In this document: one piece after another, positions 40,795 to 53,199 of the stretch
Numbering within the stretch: position 1 is the first letter of the stretch
Layout: the number at the start of each line of letters is the position of its first letter
DNA from: Camelus ferus
Lineage: Eukaryota
Reading direction: 5' to 3'
Assembly: GCF_009834535.1 (NCBI RefSeq)
Contig: NC_045697.1
Span: forward strand, 75,518,001 to 75,582,000
DNA: 64,000 nucleotides
Translations under genes and position numbers: made by a program
Notes under the pieces: model-generated
What the model was told of the DNA's origin: nothing
The model's input: the letters and a program-made list of their open reading frames with translations, nothing else
Databases searched by the model: none

Positions 40795-43700
40795 TCCTGA
40801 TTTCTGGTTGAGATGGTGGAGTAGTGGATCCACAAGCTCGTCGTGCCACCTCTCACAATAACAGCAAAACCATAACTGACTGTTAAAAAACCATCAAAAA
40901 ACAAAAACAAAAACAAAAACAAAAACAAAAACAAAAACAAAAACAAAAACAAAAACAAAAAAACTGGAACCCAGCATAAAGGATCTTCAACTGGAAACAT
41001 AAAGAGGGAACCACAGTGGGACAGCAGGAACATGTTGATGATAAAATTGGGCATCCCAAAAGCTGGAGAAAATTTATATTGCAGAGGCCCTCCCACAGCA
41101 GTGAGAGTTGTGAACCCCACATCAGGCTCATCAGCCCAGGGTTCCAGCATTGGGAGGAGGAGCCCCCAGAATATCTGGTTTTGAAGTCCAGTGGGGCTTA
41201 ATTGCAGGAGCTCAATGGGACTAAGGTAAACAGGGCCTTCACTCTCTTGGGAAACACATGCAGAATCTCATGTGCACTGGGACCAAGGGCAGAGGCAGTG
41301 ATTTCATAGGAACCTAGGCCATACCTGCCTGCCGGTTTTGGAAGGTCTACTGGGGAGATGGGTGGGTGGCTGAGGCTCACCCTGGGGACATAAAAGTTGG
41401 TGACAGGCATTTGGGGAGTGTTCATCTACATGAGCTTTCCTGGAGGCTTACATCTTGCTTGGGTCATTAGCACCAAGACCTAGCCCCCTCCAACAGCCTG
41501 TGGGTTTGTATGTTGGGAAGCCTCAGGCCAAAGAACACACTTGGTGGGAACTCAGCCCCACCCATCATCAGACTTCCTGAGCCCACAGCTTCCTCTACAT
41601 ATGCCCCTAGACATGGCCCTGCCCACCAGAGGGCCAGGACCAAGCTGCACCCAGCAGTGAGCAGACACAGACTCCTCCTGCCAGGAAACATGGCAAGCTC
41701 TAGTCCAGGCTCACCCACCAGGGGACAGACACCAGAAGTAAGAAACCAACAATCTCACAGCCTGTGGAAGAAGTCTGCATATGCAGACCAGACTCTACCC
41801 TGGGTCCAGCTGACCCCTGGCCCTTGAGTGACAAGAGAGAAATGCACTGCTGAGAAGCATAGGACATCCTATACACAGGGCCAATTCTCCAAAGTTAAGA
41901 AATGTAACTAACCTACAAAAAATACAAATAGAAATCTAGACAAAATTAGGTGTCATAAGACTATGTTCTAGGCAAAGGCACAAGATATAATCCCAGAAGA
42001 AGAAATAAATGATGAGGAAATAGGCAATCTACCTGAGAAAGAGTTTAGAGTAATGATTGTGAAGATGATCAGAGAACTTGGGGGGAGAATGGATGCACAG
42101 AGCAAAGTTTTTAGCAAATACTTAGGAAATATAAAGAATACCCAGAGTTGAAGAATACAATCACTGAAATGAGTAACACATGAGAAGGAACAAGGAATAG
42201 ACTAAATGAGGCAGAAGAACAAACCAGTGAGCTAGAAGACAGAGTAGTGGAAATCAGAACAGGAAGAAAAAAAAACAGAACAGAAAAACAGAAAAAGAAA
42301 TGAGGATAGTTTAAAAGACCTCTGGAAAAACAACAAGCTTACTAATATTTGCAATATTGGGGGCCCAAAAAGAGAAGAAAAAGAAAAGGGACCTGAGAAA
42401 ATATTTTAAGAGATAATAGCTGAAAACTTCCCTAACTTGGGAAAGGAAACAGTTGCCAAGGCCAGGAAGCACAAAGACACCTACAGAGGTTTAACCCAAA
42501 GAGGAACATACTGAAGCACATTGTAATCAAAATGACAAAAATTAAAGATAAGGAGAAAATACTAAAATCAGCAACAGAAAAGCAACAAATAGCATACAAG
42601 GGAACTCCCATAAGGCTATCAGTTCATTTTTCAGCAGAAACTCTACAGGCCAGAAGGAAGTGACATGATATATTTAAAGTGATGAAAGTAAAAAAACCTA
42701 TAACCAAGAATATACTACCCAGCAAGGCTCTCACTCAGATTTGATGGAGAAATCAAAAGCTTCACAGATAAGCAAAAGCTAAAAGAATTCAGCACCACCA
42801 AACCAGCTTTACAACAAATGTTAAAGGAAGTTTTCTAGATAAAAAAGAAAAGGCCAACAACTAGAAATAAGAAAATAGTCATGAGAGGAGGAGGGTACAA
42901 ATGCAGGGTATCTAAAATGCATTTGAAATGAAGAGCTCAGCAACTTAAAATAGTCATGTATATATATATAGATTTCTATACCAAAACCTCAAGGTAACTG
43001 CAAACCAAAAATCTATAATAGATGTACCCACAAAAAAGAAAGCGAAATCCAAATGTAACTCTATAGTCATCAAACCTCAAGACAAGAGAATAAAAAGAAG
43101 TAAAAGAAAAAAAAGACCTACAAAAATAAATCCAAAACAATTAACAAAATGGCAATAAAAACATACGTATCAATAATTACCTTAAATGTAAATGGATTAA
43201 ATGTTCCAACCAAAAGACACAGACTGGCTGAATGGATACAAAAACAAGATCCGAATATATGCTGTCTACAGAAGACTCACTTCAGAGCTAGAGACACATA
43301 CAGACTGAAAGTGAGGGGATAGAAATTATATTTTATGCAAATGGAAACCTAAAGAAAGCTGGAGTAGCAATACTTATATCAGACAAAATAGATTTTAAAA
43401 TAAACACTGTTACAAGAGACAAAGAAGGATACTACATAATGCTCAAGGGATCAATCCAAGAAGATGTTAGCAGTTTTAAACATATATCCACCCAACATAG
43501 AAGCACTTCTATAAATAAGGCAACTGTTAAGAGACATCAAAGGAGAAATCAACAATAACAAGTAATAGTGGGAGACCTTAGCACTCCACTTATATCAATG
43601 GACAGATTATCCAGAAAAAAAATCAGTAAGGAAATACAGGCCTTAAATGACACATTAGACCAGATGGACTTTACTGATATTTATAAAGCATTCCATCCAA

Positions 43701-46161
43701 AATCAGGAGAATCCCCATTTATCTCTAGTGCACATGGAACATTCTCCAGAATCAATCACATGCTGGCCCACAAAGCAAGCCTTGGTAAATTTAAGAAAAC
43801 TGAAATCTTATCAAGCATCTTTTCCAACCACAATGCTATGAGATTAGAAATAAACTACAAGAAAAATCTGCAAAAACTGCAAACATGTGGAGGCTAAACA
43901 AAATGCTACTAAACAACCAATGGATATTAAAGAAATCAAAGGTGAAATCAAAAAATACTTAGAGACAAATGAAAACGAAAACACAACGATCCAAAACCTC
44001 TGGGACACAGCAAAAGCAGTTCTTAGAGGGAAGTTTATAGTGATACAAGCTTACCTCAGGAAACAAGAAAAATCTCAAACAATGTAACCTTTCACTTTAA
44101 GCAACTAGAGAAAGAACAAAAACAACAACAAAAAAAAAAACAAAAACAAAACAAGGTTAGTAGAAGAAAGGAAATCATAAAGATTAGAGCAGAAGTAAAT
44201 GAAGTAGAGACTAAAAAGGGCAATAGAAAAGATCAATGAAACTAAAAGCTGGTTCTTTGAAAAGATAAATAAGATTGATAAAACTTTAGTTGGACTCATC
44301 AAGGAAAAAAGAGAGGGGGCCCAAATTAATACAATCAGAAATGAGAAAGGAGAAGTTACAAACAACACCACAGAAATACAAGGGATCATAAGAGGCTACT
44401 ATTAGCAACTATTTGCCAACAAAAAGGATAACCTTCAAGAAATAGACAATTTTTTAAAAAGGTACAATTTGCCAAGGCTGAACCAGGAAGAAATAGAAAA
44501 TATGACTATATCAATTACCAGTACTTATATTGAATCAGTAATTTAAAAACTCCCAACAAACAAAAGCCCAGGACCAGATGGCTTCACAGGTGAATTGTAC
44601 CAAACATTTGAAGAAGGGTTAACACCTATCCTTCTGAACTATTCCAAAAATTGCAGAGGAAAGAACACTTCTAAACTCTTTCTATGAGGCCACCATCACC
44701 CTGATAGCAAAACCAGACAAAGATATCACAAAAAAATAAAATTACAGGCTAATATCACTTATGACTATAGATGCAAAAATCCTCAACAAACTACTAGCAA
44801 TTGACTCCAACAATGCATTAAAAGGATCATACACCATGATCAAGTGGGATTTATCCCAGGGATGCAAGGATTTTCCAACATCCACAAATCAATGTGATAT
44901 TAACAAATTGAAGAATAAAAGGCATATAGTCATCTCAATAAATGCAGGAAAATCTTTTGACAAAATTCAGCATCCACTTATGATTAAAAACTCTCCAGAA
45001 AGTGGACATAGATGGAACATACCTCAACACAATGAAGGCCATATATGACAAACCCAGAGTTAACATCATACTCAGTGGTGAAAATCTGAAAGCATTTCCT
45101 CTAAGATCAGGAACAAGATAAGGATGCTCACTCTCACCACTTTCATTCAACATAGTTTTGGAAGTCCTTGCCACAGCAATCAAAGAAGAAATAGAAATAA
45201 AAGGAATCCAAATTGGAAAAGAAGAAGTAAACTGTCACTGTTTGCAGATGACATGATACTATACATTAAAAAATCCTAAAGATATTACCGGAAAACTACT
45301 AGAACTCATCAATGAATTTGGTAAAGTTGCAGGATACAAAATTAATATACAGAAATCAGTTGCATTTCTACACACTAACAATGAAATAGCAGAAAAAGAA
45401 ATTAAGGAAACAATCCCATTTACCATCACATCAAAAAGAATAAAATACCTAGGTTAAACCTACCTAAGGAGGCAAATCAAAGGACCTGTACACTGAAAAC
45501 TGTAAGACACTGATGAAAGAAACTGAAGATGACATGAACAGATGGAAAGATATACTGTGTTCTCAGATTGGAAGAATCAATATTGTTAAATGGGCAAACT
45601 ACCCAAGGCAATATACAGATTCAATGCAATCCCTATCAAATTACCAGTAACATTTTTCACAGAACTGGAACAAAAATAAAAAGTTAAAATTTATATGGAA
45701 ACATAACAGACCCTGGATAGCCAAAACAATCTAAAGAAAGAAGAACGAAGCTGAGGGAATCATAATCACAGGTCTCACACTATACCACAAAGCTACAGTA
45801 ATCAAAACAGTATGGTACTAGCACAAAAACAGACACATAGATCAATGAAACAGGATACAAAGTCCAGAAATAAAACCATGCACTTATGGTCAATTAATCT
45901 ATGACAAAAGAGGCAAGAACATACAATCGAGAAAAGACAGTTTCTTCAACAAATGGTGCTGGGAAACTTGGACAGCTCCCTGTAAAATAATGAAATTAGA
46001 ACATTCTCTAACACTGTATACAAAAATAAACTCAAAATGGATTAAATACCTAAATGCAAGACTAGATACTATAAAACTCCTCAAGGAAAACATAGGGAGA
46101 ACACTCTTTGACATAAATTGCAGCAGTATTTTTTTTTGAAACAGCTCCTAGAGTAAGGAAA
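40795..46161 (+). mobile_element. L1 with 5' UTR, ORF1 (~41946-42838) and ORF2 (from ATG 43149); disabled and lacking its 3' end
   Basis: 5' 'gagatggtggagtag' at 40810 and a GC-richer UTR to ~41900. ORF2 begins MAIKTYVSIITLNVNGLN (APE endonuclease). RT motif FADDM at 45241-45255. Many stops and frameshifts. No Cys-rich C-terminus, 3' UTR or poly-A. Confidence 0.95.
40896..40964 (+). repeat. (CAAAAA)~10 hexanucleotide microsatellite inside the L1 5' UTR
   Basis: Read directly. It produces the FCFCFC and FLFLFL antisense ORFs in the track. Confidence 0.95.
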
Positions 46162-46620
46162 CCCAGCAGCTGATAGAGCAGACCTCACACCTTGGGGGCA
46201 AACCAGCACATGCATGCTCCCCACAAGTGGAGTCCAGGCTTCCCACAGCCCTTCTGTTAGTCTCAGCAGTCCTCCAGCCAGCCAAGGGGGGGTTGTCTCC
46301 CTTGTGTAGCACCCCAGGACTGGGGCACTCAATCTGCGGGTTGAACCACTCACTCACCAGAGTTGGTGTCCACCTGTATGTTTTCCCTTTTTCTCTGAGT
46401 CCCCTCCCAGGGGCACAGGTCCATACCCAATCACTTTTCTTCCCTTCCTACCTGATTATATGTCTACATTTCTTATCACCTTGGTTGTACAGAAGTCCTT
46501 TGCCAGTTTCCAGTTCGTTTTCAGTGAGAATTGTTCCACATGTAGATGTATTTTTCATGTGTTCATGGTAGGGAGGTGGGGTCCACTGTCTTCTCACTCT
46601 ACCATCCTATTCCAAACCCT
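46162..46620 (-). mobile_element. 5' UTR start of a second, different L1
   Basis: The minus strand reads 'aggatggtagagtgagaagac...catgaacacatgaaaaatacatctacatgtggaacaattctcactgaaaac...', a laurasiatherian-type L1 5' end. Confidence 0.7.
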
Positions 46621-48019
46621 CCTAAATGATTTCTGAGGCAATTTCTAGATGAGTGTTTGTCCCTCAAGGAATGATTAATTAGCAGCTACATCTTGGCAAT
46701 GAGGTGCTTTGAAATGCTGAGGGTACAAACTCTAAATACCAAAACATGTTTAATTATTTAGCAATAATATATGTTGTGAGGGAATTCATATCATATATTG
46801 GTACAGGTTTATTGTGTATTTTAAGAGAAATAAATCTTAAAATATTTTTGTATTATACAATAGGGTATTTTATTTATAACCTGACAACCTAGTATAAAAA
46901 TTCCAGTCTTTGGATCATTGGGTCACTTTCATAATATATTCTTCAAAGCTGAGGGATTTGAAGCCATAAAAATTATATTTGCATTTCTATGTAACAAACT
47001 TTGCTTCCCTAGTGGTATTTCACCAGCCACTACAGAATTCATAAAATGATATGGCCCTCAAGTTTTTAAATTACATGCAGAAAAAGCATTATGTTTATAT
47101 TATCCCTGTAGACTGCTTGCTTCTGAAATGATTCAACTTGTTTTGTTTTCCAGTATTGAAAAGGGTGGGAAATTGATCCATTTAATGAACATTTTTGAAA
47201 ATATTAACATACAACAAATGAAAAAGCACAGCTTTTAAAAGTTTAGGACTTAGAAGAAACAAAGCCAGCTTTGGGGGGCAGGGGAGGGGAGTGGGAAATG
47301 AGTCTACTGAAAAAATGAACAGTGTTTTTTCAAGCATTAATGTTTTCAGTCTAAGTGAGCAATAGAGGCCACTCTGGAAAATATCTGTCAAATATTTGAC
47401 ACTGACTTTAAAAACAGAGAAAATAGGTTCCTATAAAAGGGAATATAAATAGAGTGACCAATCATAGTAATAATAATTATCATTGCCACCTAGAAGCCTA
47501 ATATGCAAGGTACCATGTGCATACAAAAACATTTTGCAGTAAGTCACCTTCAGGAAGCACAGTTAAGTGACCTGGTGGGATAGAGAAAAGATCTCTGATC
47601 TCAACACATCTGAGTTCTCCTGGGTATATCATTAATTAACAGAAAGACTGGGGCCTCCATTTCCCAACTGCAAAATAAAGGAGGCAGCACTAGGTGACTC
47701 CTATAGTGCTTTATAACTCATTCTATAATATCATGAGGAAATACACATTGACAAAGTAATTATGAGGACAGAATAGTGATATATCAATTACCACAAGTTG
47801 GAGAACTTTTTAGTTGAAAGCTGGTAAACTCTCCAGCAATAAAATAGCCCCACATTATGCCTCCATCCATAATAATTTGAGTCCTTGTTTATTTCTAGCC
47901 ATTACTATTTTGTCACCAGAAAATTTGTTCCCTATCACCAGAATATCCAAAAATGTGCTGTAACACATTTGAGATGTAATGAAGAAGCTTCCCACATCTG
48001 CAGGCAGGTGCTGACACTT

Positions 48020-48170
48020 TCCACATACACATACTCTCTCTCAACAATCCTGCACAAAAAGTGTTATCACTTCAGCAATGCAGATGAAGAAGCTAAAGCT
48101 CAGAAATTCACTCTGCTCATGAACTGAGATTTAAGACCAGCTTTAAAGCTGGTACACTTCCCCCTCTATC
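48020..48170 (-). mobile_element. MIR fragment
   Basis: 'tctcaacaatcctgcac...tgcagatgaagaagctaaagctcagaaa...actgagatttaagaccag'. Confidence 0.6.
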
Positions 48171-48284
48171 ATCATTTAGTTTCATCACAAAAACTAGGAA
48201 AATATTGATTAATGGAAAAGACAGTTTATGCCACATGTATGTAAATAACTGCATCTTCAAAACCATTTAAGAAATACTCATTTC

Positions 48285-48375
48285 ATAGGTAAACAAAAAG
48301 TTTCTACTTATTCCCTGTATAGTACAGGGAACTATATTCAAGATCTTGCAATAAACTCTAATGGTAAAGAAAAAA
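48285..48375 (+). mobile_element. Very short camelid/artiodactyl-type L1 3' UTR fragment
   Basis: 'ctgtatagtacagggaactatattcaagatcttgcaataaac'. Confidence 0.75.
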
Positions 48376-51300
48376 CTCAGTCTATTGCCCATCCTTTGGT
48401 TGACAGACATTGTTCAGCTTAGAACATACAGATGTGCTCTGATCTTTGTAAGGGCTGCATAGTATTTCTTATGAAATGTAGCATATTTTAGCTAACCATT
48501 CTTTATTGAGGTTGTCTCTTACTTCTCATTATTAAAAATAGTACTGCAATGAAGAAAGGGAAAAGAAAATACAATTTCAAAAATTTTCAATTCATAGTCA
48601 TTTGTTCATCTACTACTGCTTTCCCCTAAAAATGAAATTATTTATCTCTGTTCCATTGGACTGGAAGATCATCAAGGACACGAGTTGTGTATGATTCACG
48701 GACATATTTACAACCTAGCACTCTGCCTGCCAAATAGTACTGTTTGATAAATGTAGGCCTAATTAAAAGCATTTAAGATAAAGTTATGGGATAAAACAGT
48801 AATATTGAGAAGATTCTAGTCATGATATCAGTTTGTTTCACAAATTTTCCTTTTATTACTTTTTTTTTAGATTTGTGAATTAGGGAAAAGAACCTTTCTT
48901 AACTTTAAGTGATAAACCATATTGAGTGGGCCACCAGCATTCATAGTTTGAGAACAAATGGTCAAAGAAAGGAATAGAATCTAAGCTGACACCCTCCCTC
49001 AAGGTCTAGTGAGTCCTGCCTCTGGCTAAATGAGTTAAGGCTTACTGATCTCTACTTTTTGCTGCTGTTGTTTGTTTGTTTTGTTTTACACTTCATGGTA
49101 TGAGCAATTCAAACAGATCTCAAAATGTTGCTTTTCACATTTCTCCTTCCCCATTCTCATCCCCACCCCCAACCCAAGATAGGAGGAAATTAGCTCTTTG
49201 GCTGACTATCCAATCTCATGTCCACTGAGACACATTAGCAATTCTCAATGGGGCAACGGTAGTGAATCTGGCTGATGACAGCTGGGCTGAGTAGTTAGTT
49301 GACCTACCTGCTGATGAGCTCATCCCCAAAGCCATTCATGACTCTAGCAGATGTTCAGACTTCACAAAACCAATCAGGATCCCATGGAAATCAATTAAGG
49401 AATGTGGCACATACACAGCTACAACACTGAGAACAAGGAGAAAGATATCCAGAGGACCTGCTACTGTACTACTTTCTTACACCTGAAATCATACTACTGT
49501 AGCTGCAAATAACTTTGCAGTGGAGATACAGTGCACAGCTGTATGAGATGTCTGCTAGAAGAAGAATGAACAAAGAGAGGAAGATTTATACTGAGATCAA
49601 AATTTGCCTGCTTACATGGAGGGAAAATTTCACTATAGCAAACAAGTCATACTGATTCTGCAAGAGCTAAATGGACAGTTTCAAAGAACAGCACCCCTTC
49701 TTTATCTATCAGGAAAGCATTATCTAGGAATCTAGTTGTCAAAACAATTGTTAAAACTTCACTGGAAGAATTGTTTCTTTCTCCAGAGATAAATTGATAC
49801 CTCACACATTCTGGTGCACAGACACTGAACGTTTCAAAGAAACTAAGGTACAATTTTCAGCCTTTGGTGGCACTGGATAGGAGTCTGTAAACACTTGCCA
49901 AGATGAAGTGACATATTTCAATCACCTAATGATAATTTAATATTATTGTTGAATTTGAATGTATGTGCATATACAAATATATATGCATACACAGATACAT
50001 ATTCATTATAAATTATGTCTGGAGATCAAAAAATAAAAAGCTCTGTGTTCAAATCCTAATTTTGCCCTCACCCTAGTTTATGATTTTCTACATACTTTGC
50101 TCTAGCTCAACGAAAAAGAAAGTCATATATTCCTAGGTTTTATTTTTATCTTCTAAGAATATTTTTCAAATGCACATTATCAGGATTTTCAAATCAAAGA
50201 ATAATTGTTACACAATTGTAAGGTGTCTTAGACTGTACAACCGTAAAAATTTCAATAATTTCAGCTAAATATTTCAGTTCTGATAGATACCATAAATGAG
50301 ATATAGATCAACTACATATATCCAGCTAGACATGTGTTTAATAACAAAAGAAACTCTTCTCCTACAAAAATGTTTAGGTAGTCTCTTGATTTGGGGTTAA
50401 AGTTCCAATGATTTCCAAACTTGGTTTTGTCATATCTCAGTGAGTTTCCAGATTTTTATTTTTTTTCCAGATTTTTAAACTGTGTTATAATTTTTTTCAA
50501 ATAAAACATGAAATTAAATTTGGAAAACCACCCATACTTTTTAGTGTTAAAATAGAATGTGTACATTATAGATTTTAGTGGGGTAATTTTATAAAATTAG
50601 ACAATTTCTGAAGGTTTAGAAATACTGGACTAGAGACTAAGAGCATGAACACTTTAAGTCTTCACAACTAAAACAGTAATGCAAAAAAAAAAAAATCCAT
50701 CAATGGGATTGCTGCCTAGGCCAAACAAAAGCTTATTTTAGGTATAAAATATTTTCAATTTTGATTATTACTCCTAATCCATTCTTCATTTTTCTTTAAG
50801 TAGAGCAATTTCCTTTTAAGTGGAAGTAGTTGCATCTTCACATCTATTTGAAAATGCAATTAGATGGAAATATAATACACTACAGCTGGAAAATGAACAA
50901 TCCATTTTTCCTCTTCCTCTTGTCCTCTAGACAAGGTCACACTGCTGAGCACACTCAAGTTAAGCGTGATACAGAAGTTAAGCCATAAATCCAATGAGAT
51001 GGGAGACTCTGGCACCCAAGCCACAGCAAGGCCCAGTGTCAAAAGGGCCCACACTCAATTCTGTCAGTCTCATTTAAAAACCCTCAGTTCTCATTAACAA
51101 ACAACCCCTCTCTAAGAAAAAAAAAAAAGGTATAGCACTTTATGGACCAGATAAACAAAAGACATTGTCATTTTTAACCCAAAACATATTTAGGGAAAAA
51201 AAAATGTAAGTGAAACTAATTTGCTACATATGTTTTATACATACAGTACATAAGGGGGTTTCTCCGACGCCATATGGAAAGCATCTGAACTTGTAAGACA

Positions 51301-52764
51301 ATGACCTTCATAAATCACTCTAGGCTCCAACTCCAAATTATGTCTTGTTCCCTCACTCATGGGATAGTCACTATATCTCATATAAATTCATTATGTTATA
51401 TGTGCACAATAATCTATCTCTACCTTTATAAGGAATGATGTCATAACACACAGGCATGGTCTTTTACAAAAAGGAACAAGTTCTCCCACCAGATGGTCCA
51501 ACCTATAATACTGCTTCTCCAAATACAGTATGTTTCACAATGCAGAGTATCCACGTTGCTCAAAGGAAAAACGAATTAATGGAGAAAGAAATGAACAATC
51601 TAAGAAAAAAATTTTTCTGAGCTTTCCTATTTTCTTCTTCTTCCAAGATAAATGTAAAATAAAGTAGCTTTATATCTTTTCACATACTTTCCTTTTACAC
51701 ATTGCCTATTTATAACCATTAAAAGGGAATCTATATTCTATGTGGTAATTTTTATGTGTAGCAAATCACTGGCGATGATACTAGAAGGTTTTTCTCTAAA
51801 CAAATGTCTTGCCGACAAAGTAATAAATTAAAGGAACAGCAAGTTTTTGTGTCTGGTTGATGGAAGAGAAAAAGAGACTGTCCAGATTTTTTAACTGTCC
51901 AGTCTCTTTTTCCATAGAAAGTTGCCTTTTTGATCCAATTTTTCTTCTATTTTCTGTAGTTGAAGAATGCAGGTTTATCTGTCCCTCTGTTCACTTCCAG
52001 TCATTTGGGGACATGAGCACTGAGTTAAGATGAATACAGCTGCTTGGTTCTTCTTAGGAATTAAGGTTCTTAAATCCACAATCTGAAATGAAAACTATAA
52101 AAACCATGTGTAAACCTATAAAAGGACTACATTTCGGTCATCTGAAACAGTCTCACTCTCCCTATTTCTAGCTCCCTTTCTCACTCTAGGGATCAAGCAT
52201 GTAACAAAAAGGAATGAAGAGGCCAGGTCTAAGAACACAATAAATACCTGCTGAATGAATTAACTGAACATTAATGAATAGAATGTGGAGTTATTATGAG
52301 AAGGACAAACCGAAGAAATTACGTCCCATCTGAAGTGGGCATCCCTAAAACACTGCTGTGTGTCAGGATTGCTCTGGGAGTGAAAAGAACACTATGTATG
52401 CCAAACATGTGCAGGCTGAAAAATTATGCCTATGAAAGTATGCTCTGAGTTAGAAAGCTAAATTTGTTGAAGGAAGAAAGTATAGGATCTCATTTAACTC
52501 TAATCACTAAATAATGTTAGGTGTCATTATAAATATCTGAAGAGATCAATAAAGAATGATGAAGCAGTGGACTATAATAACATCAAAATATGAGTAATTT
52601 CTACCTTTAATTTTGCATGAGACTATCAGGAATAAGATATTTGACAGTAAAATTTATAGTTGAACTTATCATCTATTTTTTTAAATATTATGGTTAAAAA
52701 ATTAAGGCCATAAGAACCCCTAATTACAGAAAGAATCCTGAAAATCCTCCAATCTTACAATTAT

Positions 52765-52786
52765 ACACACACACACACACACACAC
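52765..52786 (+). repeat. (AC)11 microsatellite
   Basis: Read directly from the sequence. Confidence 0.9.
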
Positions 52787-53199
52787 TCTCACAGGATACT
52801 AAATGTAAGGAAATGCCATAAAATCTGATTTTTTTATTATTATAATTTTGATGCTTCCCTTGAAAAATCAAATTTCTAAAAATTAAATGTTTTGTTCAAT
52901 TACTTGCTGAAAATGCAGCACTTTTAGGAAGAAAAAAGCTTGCACACATATGTTATACTAAATATTATATTATAAAGATTCTGGCCCTACTATGAAGAAT
53001 TTAAAATATTATAATTATACTGTATAATAAAATATCATTTCTTTATGAATAATTTTATTTCAATAACTAGGTATACATTTATAAGATCAGGCCATTCAAT
53101 GCATGTAACTATAATATGTTTTCATAAATGATCTCATAATTTACTTCCACAGATTGCTGCCACTTTTAATCATTTGATAAAACCACTGAATCTTTCTCC

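Noticed and set aside
40755..41150. ORFs with FLFLFL/FCFCFC runs
   Set aside because: Produced by the (CAAAAA)n microsatellite in an L1 5' UTR.
5398..50248. Recurrent CGTAAA (posterior HOX/CDX-type) motifs at ~5398, 17932, 18272, 23286, 37721 and 50240
   Set aside because: A rough expectation for AT-rich DNA of this length gives a similar count, so enrichment is not shown without a shuffled control.
50445..50477. 14-bp direct repeat TTTCCAGATTTTTA
   Set aside because: Ordinary slippage duplication with no enclosed element.
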